From Octopus sinensis (taxonomy: Eukaryota): a DNA stretch of 64,000 nt. The DNA is taken from assembly GCF_006345805.1 (NCBI RefSeq), contig NC_043001.1, positions 91,946,001 to 92,010,000 of the forward strand. The letters are read 5' to 3'. Both the position numbers and the translations under genes were made by a program. Positions 53,267-64,000 of the stretch are shown here, one piece after another (the stretch's first letter is position 1; each line of letters begins with the position of its first letter). The notes under the pieces were generated by a model. It was not told the DNA's origin, did no database searches, and saw only the letters and a list, made by a program, of their open reading frames with translations.

Positions 53267-53480
53267 CAGTGTTGCGCAACCAGCATGCCGCGGCACGATG
53301 TTGTGTCACGAGACGATGCTAGGTGTGCCGAGTGCTGCTCAACCAGCATGTCGCGGCACGATGTTGTGTCACGAGACGATGCTAGGTGTGCCGCAGGGTA
53401 ACCTGGATATAATTTTTCCCCCTATACTTTTAGTTATATTTTCAGGTCAGGTGCGCCGCCGAATTTTGAAAAGAATATAA
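53267..53480 (+). mobile_element. hAT-like terminal remnant with a 63-bp tandem duplication
   Basis: CAGTGTTGCGCAACC...GCCGCGGCAC...GTGTGCCG occurs at 53268-53330 and 53331-53393. Confidence 0.5.
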
Positions 53481-54229
53481 GTGTACCGCAAGTGAGCAAA
53501 GGTTGCGGGGCCGCAGACCATTACTGGGGCCACCCAGGAAAAATAAGTTGTTAAATTGAATTTTTATTTTATTCAGTATCGCAGTCTACAGGCTGTTTTT
53601 GTATAATATATTAATTATTTATGTAATATATATTTTTATTTATTTATTTATTTTTTTTACTTGTTTCAGTAATTTTGACTGCGGCCATGCTGGTGCACTG
53701 CCTTTAATCGAGCAACTCGACCCCGGCAATACCTTCGTGTAAGTTTGTACAAGTGAGTGTACGTGCGGCATACAATCTAAGCGTGGGCGCTTATACATCC
53801 ATGTGTGCTAAAGATTATATTTAATACTTTCTTTGCTGTATTGTGTATTTGTTTCTTTTTTAATCTGATTTTTATTGATCTTGTATAATAATGAAGCTGT
53901 ATGCCTTAATATACTCCTATTGTATGCACATGGCGAGAAGAAAACTTGCGGAAAAGACGTTATTTAACGAAATACATCTTGTAATCATCCGAAGAGACAC
54001 ATCTACACCGACAAATACTTCTAAACCAGTTGTCCAGTTACCTACCAGGGAGGGATCGATGCTAGATCGGTCGAAACAATTGTAGTGATAAATAAACATT
54101 CTCGTATCTCCCGTCTCTCTCCTATATATATGTGTGTGTATGTGTGTGTGTGAGAGTGTGCGCGCGTAATTATAATAGTTTCTTAATTAACCAGAAGATG
54201 GATTTAATATTAATCTTTATTTTGTACAA

Positions 54230-55050
54230 CGGTCATTTCGACCCATCCTGCTGCTGACCCATCTTCTGTGGCATGGTGCAGAGTCCTATTGCCGGACATA
54301 AGGTGTTACAGTAGCCACCTTCTTGACCCAGGGCAGCACCAGCTCCTGCAGGCACTTGATGTAAGCCTCCGTGTTGAGTCTGAGGCCGTGTGGGAAGATG
54401 AAGGGAGGCATAACATCGCCATCACTAGTGATCACTCCAAACACTATGATGTTGACTGGATCTTAGATGTTTATCACCCTCGGTTCATGTATTGAGGACG
54501 CGGCTAGCCAACAGTTGTTTTGTGTGTTCATCTATTTTTCTCGTCTGAGAAAAACTAAAGCATGCTCAGTTGGAGGGGATACTTGAGTTTAATCAAAAGA
54601 TTCGTAGCACGGTCTTTCCTCTTGTCATTGATAGCTTGGGATAAACATTGGCCCTTTCACATCTTGTATGAGGAATACCGAATGTCTTCATTCACTACTT
54701 GCCCGATAAGAAACTCAGATACTCCCATGTCCCTGGCGATGAACCTGATTGACTTGGAGGGATAGTTTTCAATCATGGCCTGGATCTCACCAACAAATTC
54801 AGGTGTTCTTTTCTTATCAGTACGATCAGAATGAGTTTTCCAGCTGTTGTACCTTCGTAATCACCATTAGACTCATCCAACTCTTTCCGAATCCTCTGCA
54901 CTGTCCTCAGATTGACACCCAAAACACTGAAATGTTCGTATTGAAGCTTCCAGCGCGAAAGCCAAGCAGTACAGCATGTCGTTTCCAAATCTCTAGCAGA
55001 ATGAATTGCGTTATGGTGCTGTTTTTCTCACAGGCGGTTCCCAACTGACT
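54230..55050 (-). pseudogene. Degenerate Tc1/mariner-superfamily transposase
   Basis: LGVNLRTVQRIRKEL (HTH) and VFGVITSDGDVMPPFIFPHGLRLNTEAYIKCLQELVLPWVKK..YVRQ*DSAPCH. Confidence 0.8.
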
Positions 55051-55063
55051 CTAATATACTGTG

Positions 55064-55482
55064 TACTCTTTTACTCTTTTACTTGTTTCAGTTATTTGTC
55101 TGCGGCCATACTGGAGCACCGCCTTTAGTCGAGCAAATCGACCCCAGGACTTATTCTTTGTAAGCCTAGTACTTATTTTAACGGTCTCTTTTGCAGAACT
55201 GCTACGTTACGAGGACGTAAACACACCAGCATCGGTTGTCAAGCGATGTTGGGGGGACAAGCACAAACACAAATATATACACACACATACATATATATAC
55301 ATATACATATACATATATGCGACGGACTTCTTTCAGTTTCCGTCTACCAAATCCACTCACAAGGCTTTGGTCGGCCCGAGGCTATAGTAGAAGACACTCG
55401 ACCAAGGTGTCACGCAGTGGGACTGAACCCGGAACCATGTTGTTGGTAAGCAAGCTACTTACCACACAGCCACTTCTACGAC
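55064..55482 (-). mobile_element. SINE family B, full length
   Basis: Complete match to family B. Confidence 0.92.
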
Positions 55483-55560
55483 TACAGTCAACAAAATCAA
55501 AATCAAGCAATAAAAAATGTAAACTAGTGACAATTTACCCATTGGACGCTGTGTGTGTGT

Positions 55561-55632
<72 letters not shown>

Positions 55633-56047
55633 GTATATAATTAATGTAAGTTATGTCTGTGTGTTTGCATATGTCCCTAGGTACCTATGTGCATATGTAT
55701 CTATATATGTATGCATTATGTATGTATGTATGTATGTATGTATGTATGTATGTATGTATGTATGTATGTATGAATTTCCCATATATCTTGTATCACAAGT
55801 TGAGTTTTTCCCTATTTTTCTTTCGCTGAATAAACTTTTATCGGAATCTGAAATAAATCATAATTTATATAAACATTTTCTGTGCACTTTCAGTGAAAAA
55901 TACTTCATTAAGATTAATTTATCTTTTTACCCTACGGAATATATGTGTGTTTTGTTACCAATTGTATAAGTGTGTATATACTTATGTATAAACATACTTT
56001 TATACATAAAATACTTATATGCGTGTGTGAGTGTGTGTGTCTGTATG

Positions 56048-56091
<44 letters not shown>

Positions 56092-56150
56092 AATATTAGG
56101 GAATAAATCCAAACTTACAGGGTTTAAACCTCGCCAAGATAAATATTTAA

Positions 56151-56218
56151 ACCACCTGATGAATGACTGTAACTTGAAAATTTAAAGAAATTAACAGCCA
56201 TGAAACGATCGTAGTGAT
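56151..56218 (+). ncRNA. Type-I hammerhead ribozyme candidate (best preserved in the window)
   Basis: Stem I ACCAC/GTGAT; CTGATGA at 56156-56162; stem II ATGACTGT/ACAGCCAT (one mismatch, 23-nt loop); GAAA; palindromic stem III ACGATCGT; GUA triplet with the cut after 56213. Confidence 0.72.
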
Positions 56219-56343
56219 ATATTAATTATATTTTTTAATAATTTTGTTATATATTTAAATAATATAAATTAAATAATCTTATGTATTGGCTTAAGTTTTT
56301 CATTGTATGATTTGCCTAATAGTGGTTTTGTCTCTAATTTAAT

Positions 56344-56392
<49 letters not shown>

Positions 56393-56743
56393 CTCCCACT
56401 TCGGTCATAACTGACTGTGGGATTGCACTTAGAAAGTTATCCTCCGAGGTACAAGTCTGGGCAAGGTTGTTTATGGAAGACCAGCAGTCGCCCATGCATA
56501 CCGGCCTCCCCTCTCCACGCCACCAGTGTTATCCAAGGGAAAGGCAAAGGCCGATACAGCTTGGCACCTGTGACGTTGCAACTCATTTCTACAGCCGTAT
56601 ATATATCGAAATTGCGAGGATGATCCGGTTCTTGACTGAAGATTAGAGGCTTCGAATGACCCGTCCGTTTTTTGTGTCGTCTATTTGAGTGTTTTGCGTT
56701 CTTGTCCCATTTTATTTTTCTATATATATTTTTTATACATTTA

Positions 56744-56779
<36 letters not shown>

Positions 56780-56837
56780 TGTATGTATGTAGTATGTATG
56801 TATGTATGTATGTATGTATGTATGTATGTGTATATAT

Positions 56838-56886
<49 letters not shown>

Positions 56887-57265
56887 GTACATATACATAT
56901 ACGCACATATAAATATATATAGAAACACATGCACGCACGCGGTTGCACACTTAACTACGCGTCTTTATTTGCCCACACCCGCGTCTAAATATAAATTTAA
57001 TAATACATACACGCGGAAACGTGCACACACACTCACACACACACACACACACACACACACAAAGATACAAAAATACACGCATGCACATACACCCACACCC
57101 ACACCCACGCATGCATATATATACACATCCGTGAGAGAAATTAGAACCAGTCTAACAAGGAGGCAGAACAACATCCAATGTGACTAATTTTCTATTTACT
57201 TGAATATTTCATTAGAATTTTGTTTACGAAAGAAAAACTGTACAACACTGTTGTTGTTGTTGTTG

Positions 57266-57299
<34 letters not shown>

Positions 57300-57415
57300 A
57301 ATATTCTTCTTCTGTTCATTGTTATTATTATTATACAAGTAAACACCCGCACTTTGTCTTTGTATTGACCCTCTCACCCTTCGCCATTGTGGCAAATAAA
57401 TGAAATCATCATCAA

Positions 57416-57472
<57 letters not shown>

Positions 57473-58640
57473 TTAATGGCGTATTTTATCAGTACACACA
57501 CACACATTCCTCTGCAATGTGTAACGCATTAAAATCGCACACCTACACGCATACACACACACACACGCACGTACACATACATACATACACACACGCATAC
57601 ATACACCCATACACATACATGCATCCTACACACACATACATACACACTCACACATACATACACACACACACACTCACTCACACACCTGTATGTACGCGCA
57701 CACACATGCACATACACACACTTCCCCACACCCACACGTACATACATAGACACTCACACACATACACACACACACACACACACGGACATACATCTATGCA
57801 CACACATACATACACACATACTCACATACATTCATCGGACACACTGCCACCCGGACATACACACAGACACACTCACACATCCACACACATACATACTTAC
57901 GCACATACTCGCAGGCGCGCGCACGCACGCGCTTGCGCCGGTTCGCGCACGCATACGCTCCGCAGGCACCTCGCTCTTGGAACCGACAAGACCTCCCGCC
58001 CGTTCCTGGGACCGTCGCGTGTCGTTGGGTTTTCCCACGCCCGCCTCCGCGGGACCACTCTTCCATCTTCCCCTCAGCTGGAGTCCTTTTTCCTTAATCC
58101 CCCCCTTTTTCGTTACACACACGCGCACACATATACACACATTGCTTAATATATACATTACTCTCTTACACACATTCAATCTACTCGCCATTTATACCAC
58201 CACGACACTGGACACACACACACTACTACTCAACACACGCTGGCACGCTACACTACGCCCCCACCCCTTCCCCTCCCTCCCTCCTCCTTCCTTCTTTTTC
58301 TTACTACTGACCTTTGTCTGCTAAGCTGACCACTGTCTCGCCCTACCTCACACGCCTACACACAGACGCACACACTAACACACACATATATATTTTTTTG
58401 TTTTTTCATCTCGCCTCACACACACACATACACACACGCACACGCACACACTCACACATACACACACATCTGTTGCGTTACCAACCTTGTCTCCACTCTT
58501 TTGCCTTTAAAAACCCACTTTGCTCTGTTTTCGTAAACATCCGCCTTTCACCATGTGCAACTCGTAAACACCAGTCGTCTTTTTTCTCTTTCCCTGTTGC
58601 CCGCTCTGGGATCTTTCTTTCCTCTCTCCTCCTTCTTTAT

Positions 58641-58675
58641 GTTTCCGACGAAGAGCTCCGCTCGAAACGTCATAC
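58641..58675 (+). ncRNA. Minimal hammerhead ribozyme candidate
   Basis: GTTT-CCGACGA-A-GAGC-tcc-GCTC-GAAAC-GTC-ATAC. It has U4C, palindromic ACGT stem III, a GUC triplet and a 3/4 paired stem I. Confidence 0.6.
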
Positions 58676-58761
58676 CTCCCTGCTTCCATTTCCTGAGCGC
58701 CTATTAATAATAATACTGTAATTGTTCCATTGTTGTTGTTTTTTTGTTTCCCGTTTGGATT

Positions 58762-58800
<39 letters not shown>

Positions 58801-58953
58801 CTTCTATTTCTTTCTCCTGATTGATTGATTGTTATTGTAAGAGTATCAATGTCTATACGTAAATGATATACATACACACACACACATATACACACACACA
58901 TATATATTCATTTATATGTGCATATATATATACAAATATATTAGCACACATAC

Positions 58954-59007
<54 letters not shown>

Positions 59008-59454
59008 ACATATAGACACACACACATTACATATTAACGGCTGTTTTTATGTTAAGTTATAATAAAAACAGTTTAGTTTTTATCATGTTAAGTCATAATA
59101 AAAGCAGCTTTAGATTAAAACACAGTATTTTTAGTAGAGCAATATTAATTTATTATTCTTTAATAAGAATATCATTGATAGTGACTTCGAAGTTTCGGCT
59201 TGCTGAGTTATCATCAGGTTCTCTGATGAACGCTTATCATAGCCGTGTAGAGCTTATTGTTTAAAAGCGGGCAGAGATTTGATTTACCCGAAATTGTACA
59301 CAGAGAAAAATACGTGTATGAATTTCTATTAAAGTATCTTATCAGTCGACCATATAGAGCTATCAAATCGCACAATATGCTCCTTAAAAGAAATATCTTA
59401 TACGTAACTCAGCTGCAAAGATATCAGTTATTATTTGGTCACCCAAGGTTGCTG

Positions 59455-59680
59455 GCTGGCTGGCTAGCTAGCAGAATCGTTAGCCCACCGGGTAAACGGC
59501 TTCGCTGGCATTTCGTCCGTCTTTACGTTTTGAGTTCAAATTCCGCCGAGGTCGAATTTTCCTTTCATCCTTTCGGGTTCAATAAATTAAGTACTAGTGA
59601 AACACTGGGATCGATGTAATCGACCTTTCCTCTCCCCCACCAAATGGCTGCCCCTGAGGCCAAATTTGAAACAATTATTA
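59455..59680 (+). mobile_element. SINE family A2
   Basis: A head and body with the A2 tail. Confidence 0.75.
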
Positions 59681-59689
59681 CTCTTATTC

Positions 59690-59882
59690 CATATTTGACT
59701 TTTGTACAAGTTGGCTCCAAGTCTCACCCAGAGACCTCAAGAGACAACAGGTTGGAAGTTCATGTTGTTATGCCTAGTGTGCCATATATTTGGTTTTGTA
59801 TTTAGTGTTGTACTAGTGAATGTCTAAAAAACCATACGAAAATTATGTTTGTTTTAAAACTTGAGATTACATAGACTCTCAA

Positions 59883-59885
<3 letters not shown>
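59690..59885 (-). mobile_element. 3' UTR-only copy of the R4/Dong-like element at 34276, abutting (TTA)n
   Basis: Near-identical to 34276-34470 (GGCTCCAAGTCTCACCCAGAGAC...AAAACTTGAGATTACA). (TTA)n lies at 59884-59992. Confidence 0.85.
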
Positions 59886-59973
<88 letters not shown>

Positions 59974-60089
59974 TATTATTATTATTATTATTCACATACA
60001 CATAACAGATTTCACTGTTGTTTATGTACCTTAAAAGAAATATCTTATACGTTTCTTAGCTGCATAGACATCGGTTATTACTTGGTCAA

Positions 60090-60297
60090 CCAAGGCAGCT
60101 AGCTGGTAGAATCGTTAGCACGCCCGACAATATACTGTGCGGCATTACTTCAGGCTTTACGTTTCGGTTTCAAATTCTGCCGAGATTGATTTTACCTTTC
60201 ATCCTTTCGAGGTTGATAAGTTCCAGTTGAGCACTGGGATCAATGCAAACGACAAGAACCTCCCCCCAAATTCCAGGCCGTGTGCTTATTGTAGAAA
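60090..60297 (+). mobile_element. SINE family A2, degenerate
   Basis: A head and body with the A2 tail, abutting the tail of family H. Confidence 0.7.
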
Positions 60298-60470
60298 GAA
60301 TTATTTGCATTATTTACATTATTCACATTACTCACATTCGACGGATATTTGTCCTCATCTTGTTTGTTGTTAACACAACGTTTCGCCTGATATACCCTCC
60401 AAGCCTTCTTCAGATGTCTTGGGGAAATTTCGAACATGGGTTGTCATTCCTAAGGTATTTTTAGATGTTG

Positions 60471-60543
<73 letters not shown>

Positions 60544-60623
60544 GTTGTTCAGGTCATTGCTTGGAATGGAACTCGGAATCTTGGGGTGAGTAGACCACGC
60601 TGTTAACTACTACACCATATGCC
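60298..60623 (-). mobile_element. SINE-like family H: tRNA-like head, (CAA/TAA)n, hammerhead and 9-bp repeat tail
   Basis: A box TGGTGTAGTAGTTAA (60617-60603), B box GAGTTCCATTCC (60574-60563), hammerhead at 60418-60372 and tail (AATGTAAAT)-like repeats. Confidence 0.75.
60372..60418 (-). ncRNA. Hammerhead ribozyme inside family H
   Basis: Stem I GACAT/GTGTT; CTGAAGA; imperfect stem II GGCT(T)G..CAGGC; GAAAC; palindromic AACGTT; GUU triplet with the predicted cut between 60377 and 60376. Confidence 0.6.
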
Positions 60624-61106
60624 GTTGGGCATATGGCGTAGTGGCGAATTATTTGGTCAACATTTTTATCAACGGAAATATTGGCATACTTTGGTATATT
60701 ATTTAGTATTGCTATACTGCTTATTCACGTTTGACCCGTTCAAATCCTTAATCGTATCTTCATTCATCTGCCGCCTTAGAATGAGTGCTCTGCAGAGCAC
60801 GTTGAAGCAGGATTGGTTGTTAAAATGGCTACAATTTTGTTGAAGATTGGCAATATACTTCATGAAGTTAGTCCGTGACAGATTTTGTGTAAGATTGTCC
60901 CTTTTTTTAATAATTTGCGGAGCCAAGCTAAATTGGGTGTGTTGCTTAAAACGTTCTAAATAACACACCCAACCTAAATTGTTACAGACACCGCTCCTGT
61001 CACTAATAGCTAATTTATTCGTAGCCCACAGGCATTCCGTGAAATCACTGGTTGTTTGGCCATACTACATCGATTCGACTGAGTTTCGTTCTGGCATTAA
61101 GTATAA

Positions 61107-61164
61107 GGCTGGCTATCGCTGATGATCTCCAACTAAGAGTGAAATCATGTGATACGGTGGTGCC
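61107..61164 (+). ncRNA. Type-I hammerhead ribozyme candidate with extended stem I
   Basis: Stem I GCTATCG/CGGTGGT plus GGC/GCC; CTGATGA at 61119-61125; stem II (T)CTC..GAG(T); GAAA; stem III ATCA-tg-TGAT; AUA triplet with the cut after 61154. Confidence 0.55.
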
Positions 61165-61321
61165 ATCTACCGGTTCAGACGATCATTTCGACAGCCAATA
61201 TAGTCGGTGCTTAATTAGCACGTGTCGTCAACACCAGATGGTGTCCCTGGACGTTTACAGCATTTTAAGGCGTTCTAAATAACATCTAACTTAGATTGGA
61301 TGTGCCAATTATTATTTATTA

Positions 61322-61834
61322 CTAGCAGTATCGCCCGGCGTTGCTCGGGTATGTAAGGGAAATAACTATATAAGCATTTTTAGAGAGTTACTTCCCTTAT
61401 AGATGCCAATTCGGGCTTTCTTAGCCATTTCTGTTTTGGTGTCTTCAAGCCATGAAGTCGTTGTTCTAAAAGAACGCTGGTCTCCTTGACAACGCTTTAC
61501 GACGTTGATTTCCTTACACTCCCTTCCCCACAGCTTCACGAGGGAGGGAAGAAGGGAGAGAAGCAAACAGGTGCAAGTGTGACCATGGACGCCAACTCCG
61601 CCGCCATCGACACACGAAAAATTATGCATTAAAATGGAATAAAAAATTATGTTAAATTATTTTTAAAATCGTAGACTCATCGTAGACGCGCGCTAATACT
61701 CAGACGGGCTTGATATGAATCACGACTATAAGATACCCGAATTTGGTTAAACTGCACCGCAAAATGTGGGAGTAGTTAGGAATCTAAATCGAAGGGGACA
61801 GACACTCACACAACTACAGTTTTATATATATAGA
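61322..61834 (-). mobile_element. Non-autonomous Helitron
   Basis: A|TC start at 61834, the same CCCGAGCAACGCCGGG hairpin and CTAG|T end as the 46848 copy. Confidence 0.85.
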
Positions 61835-62024
61835 TAAACACTGCGCCTTTCGTTAAATAGCTAATTTATTAGCATTTCTGCTTTTCGAGATCGCAACGAG
61901 ATTTAAGTTACTTTACAGAATGCACAAAGTGTGTATTTGTCAACAGCATTAAATTGTGATTGAATCTCCACAATAATCATATCCCGAGATTAGCCTGAAA
62001 TCATACAAAATATACTGTGATCCA

Positions 62025-62258
62025 GGCGGCGAGCTGGCAGAAACGTTAGCACACCGGGCGAAATACTTAGCGGTATTTCGTCTGCCGGTACGTTCTGAGT
62101 TCAAATTCCGCCGAGGTCGACTTTGCCTTTCATCCTTTCGGGTTCGATAAATTAAGTACCAGTTACGCACTGGGGTCGATGTAATCGATTTAATCCCTTT
62201 GTCTGTCCTTGTTTGTCCCCTCTATGTTTAGCCCCTTGTGGGTAATAAAAAAAATAAG
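62025..62258 (+). mobile_element. SINE family A1 monomer with 15-bp TSD
   Basis: TSD ATATAC(T/A)GTGATCCA at 62010-62024 and 62259-62273. Confidence 0.93.
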
Positions 62259-62519
62259 ATATACAGTGATCCAGTTTGATCATGTAGTACCTCTGATATT
62301 GATCTACCAACAAGGACTTGCAATCAAATTGTAGAGATGCCATTTTTCTCAGTAAAACTCTTGATTCCTTGAATAAGAATCAATCGTATGCCTTGGATAA
62401 TGTCTTTCATAGTTCCAACTAATGTTTCAGTGTATTTCCAAACTTTTTCAACAAACTGATAGAACTTGAAGCTTACTAGAACTTGAAGCTTACTAGCTTC
62501 AAGTTCTATCAGTTTGTTG

Positions 62520-62650
62520 TGTGGACGCCCCCAGGCGATGAAGTAGAGTAGCCCAATACATAGATATAGAGGAAGTCTAGACGTCAAGAGAGTCGAGTCG
62601 AGTTGAGTAGAAGGCATCCGAACGTGTGACACAACAGTGGCGACGAGGAT
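62520..62650 (+). mobile_element. LTR 3' end plus primer-binding site of a Gypsy-type LTR retrotransposon remnant
   Basis: ...ACAACA-G-TGGCGACGAGGAT (62638-62650) is complementary to the 3' end of tRNA-Ser(GCU) (ATCCTCGTCG-CCA). The LTR 5' boundary is uncertain and no gag ORF follows. Confidence 0.6.
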
Positions 62651-63531
62651 TTCGTAGCACACACAGCCACTGTGTAGTATTGCGATATAACACAGTTCCA
62701 CATAACTTACTGCTTCGTGCAGAAAATAGTTGTTTTAACATCGATGTTTTGTGCTTCTCATGTCCTGGATAGTCTATCCACTATATCATATTCTGTTAAT
62801 GAGAAACACTTTATAACTGCTTTGTGAACTAGATTGACTTTTTCCAGTGTTAAAAGTAAAAGTATTAATATGCATGAAACGTTTGCAAAACATTGCTATT
62901 TGTCAGTGTTTTAGGTAAGCTAAACATAAAGTTTAATACATTTACAATTGAAGTCACTCTAATTCCTCTCGACACCAAATTTCTTTCGTTTATCATAAAA
63001 TATGAATAAAAAATTCGCTGAACCATGTGATTGGGAAACACGGTTCTTACCGCACACCAACACCTGCGCCTATATAAAAAGAAAACAAACGTCAGATAAT
63101 CTTGTCGTAGGTATATAATGCCTGAATAAAAGTTTGGAAGATCATGGCATGAACTACTTCAATGATAAGTTTTATCTTTAAGTTGATATAAGGGCTTCTT
63201 CTTCGCGGAACTGGACGATCTCGTACTGTTATCACCTCTGGCAACTCCGATTCAATAGTGTCTCCACCTTTTGTCACTTTTGCTGTGTCAAACCTCATTT
63301 CCATGCGTTAATAACTATGCGCGATTTATTTTACCCTCAAATATCGTCACACTTGTATCTCCTCTTTGCATGTGTCCTTAATGCAAATGCTGACCTGCGA
63401 TAATTTTAACCAGGGCATAAACGGGATCAAACCTCACCAGTCTCGGAGGACTTGCAAGTATTATGTACCCTACCCCTTCTTGCAAACTTAGCGAGTAAAA
63501 GAAACGAGCTTAGAGCAAGACAGCAGCAACA

Positions 63532-63912
63532 GTGGAGGCGCAATGGCCCTATGGTTAGGGCAGCGGACTCGCGGTCGGAGGATCGCGGTTTCGATTCCAA
63601 GATCGGGCGTTGTTTGTGTTTATTGAGCGAAAACATCTAAAGCTCCACGAGGCTCCGGCAGGGGGTGGTGGCGACTCTTGTTATACTCTTTCGCTCCAAC
63701 TTTCTCTCACTCTTTCTTCCTGTTTCTTGTCCCCGACTTCCTACGCAACCGCTGAGCCTGGATGCGCATTCATCCATCTGTCGATGCTCTCGGTGTCGGG
63801 GCTTGACCTGCTTTCTCTTCTGCGGGTCTTACGAATAGCAAAGGACCACGTTTCGGACTCCTCCCATCTTGCGAGCTCTGGGACGAAGACCCTTCGCTCA
63901 ACAGCAACAGCA
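63532..63912 (+). mobile_element. SINE family C head with a third tail type and (CAG/CAA)n end
   Basis: C head to TTCCTGTTTC (63726), then a unique tail. TSD ACAGCAGCAACA at 63520-63531 and 63913-63924. Confidence 0.82.
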
Positions 63913-64000
63913 ACAGCAGCAACAATAAGAAAACGACAACAGCAATTGCTACTACTACTACTACTACTTCTACTCCCACCACTACTACTGCTGCTGATGC

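Noticed and set aside
59178-59235. Minus-strand hammerhead-like motif (CTGATGA...GAAAC, palindrome ACTTCGAAGT, GUC) with a back-to-back plus-strand CTGATGA
   Set aside because: Stems I and II do not pair. It is probably a decayed ribozyme but cannot be supported as one.
63092-63304. 70-aa minus-strand ORF (MEMRFDTAKVTKGG...)
   Set aside because: There is no recognisable domain or convincing splice sites, and the length is compatible with chance.

Overview
This is a eukaryotic, AT-rich window saturated with repeats. I find no host protein-coding exon, intact transposase or RT, rRNA, true tRNA gene or CRISPR array that the sequence supports. Almost all listed ORFs are microsatellite or SINE read-through. 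The dense TA/CA/CATA/TAA microsatellites and the tRNA-headed SINE families suggest a cephalopod, most likely octopus (inference, not verified). Contents: (1) several tRNA-derived SINE families, given local labels A1, A2, B, C, D and H; (2) truncated LINEs of the CR1, RTE, I/R1-like, R4/Dong-like and NeSL/R2-like types; (3) mariner/Tc1, hAT, MULE (FLYWCH), Merlin-like MITE and Helitron remnants; (4) one Gypsy-type LTR end with a tRNA-Ser PBS. The most interesting signals are: a tRNA-headed SINE-like element carrying a sense-strand hammerhead ribozyme, with a separate foldback built from what looks like its 3' cleavage product; at least five other unrelated minimal type-I hammerheads with palindromic stem III; head-to-tail SINE multimers sharing one junction, each inside a single TSD; one SINE head spliced to three different tails; and a five-part nested insertion resembling a Pack-MULE. 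All alignments, folds and translations were done by eye, so boundaries are approximate unless a TSD or TIR fixes them.
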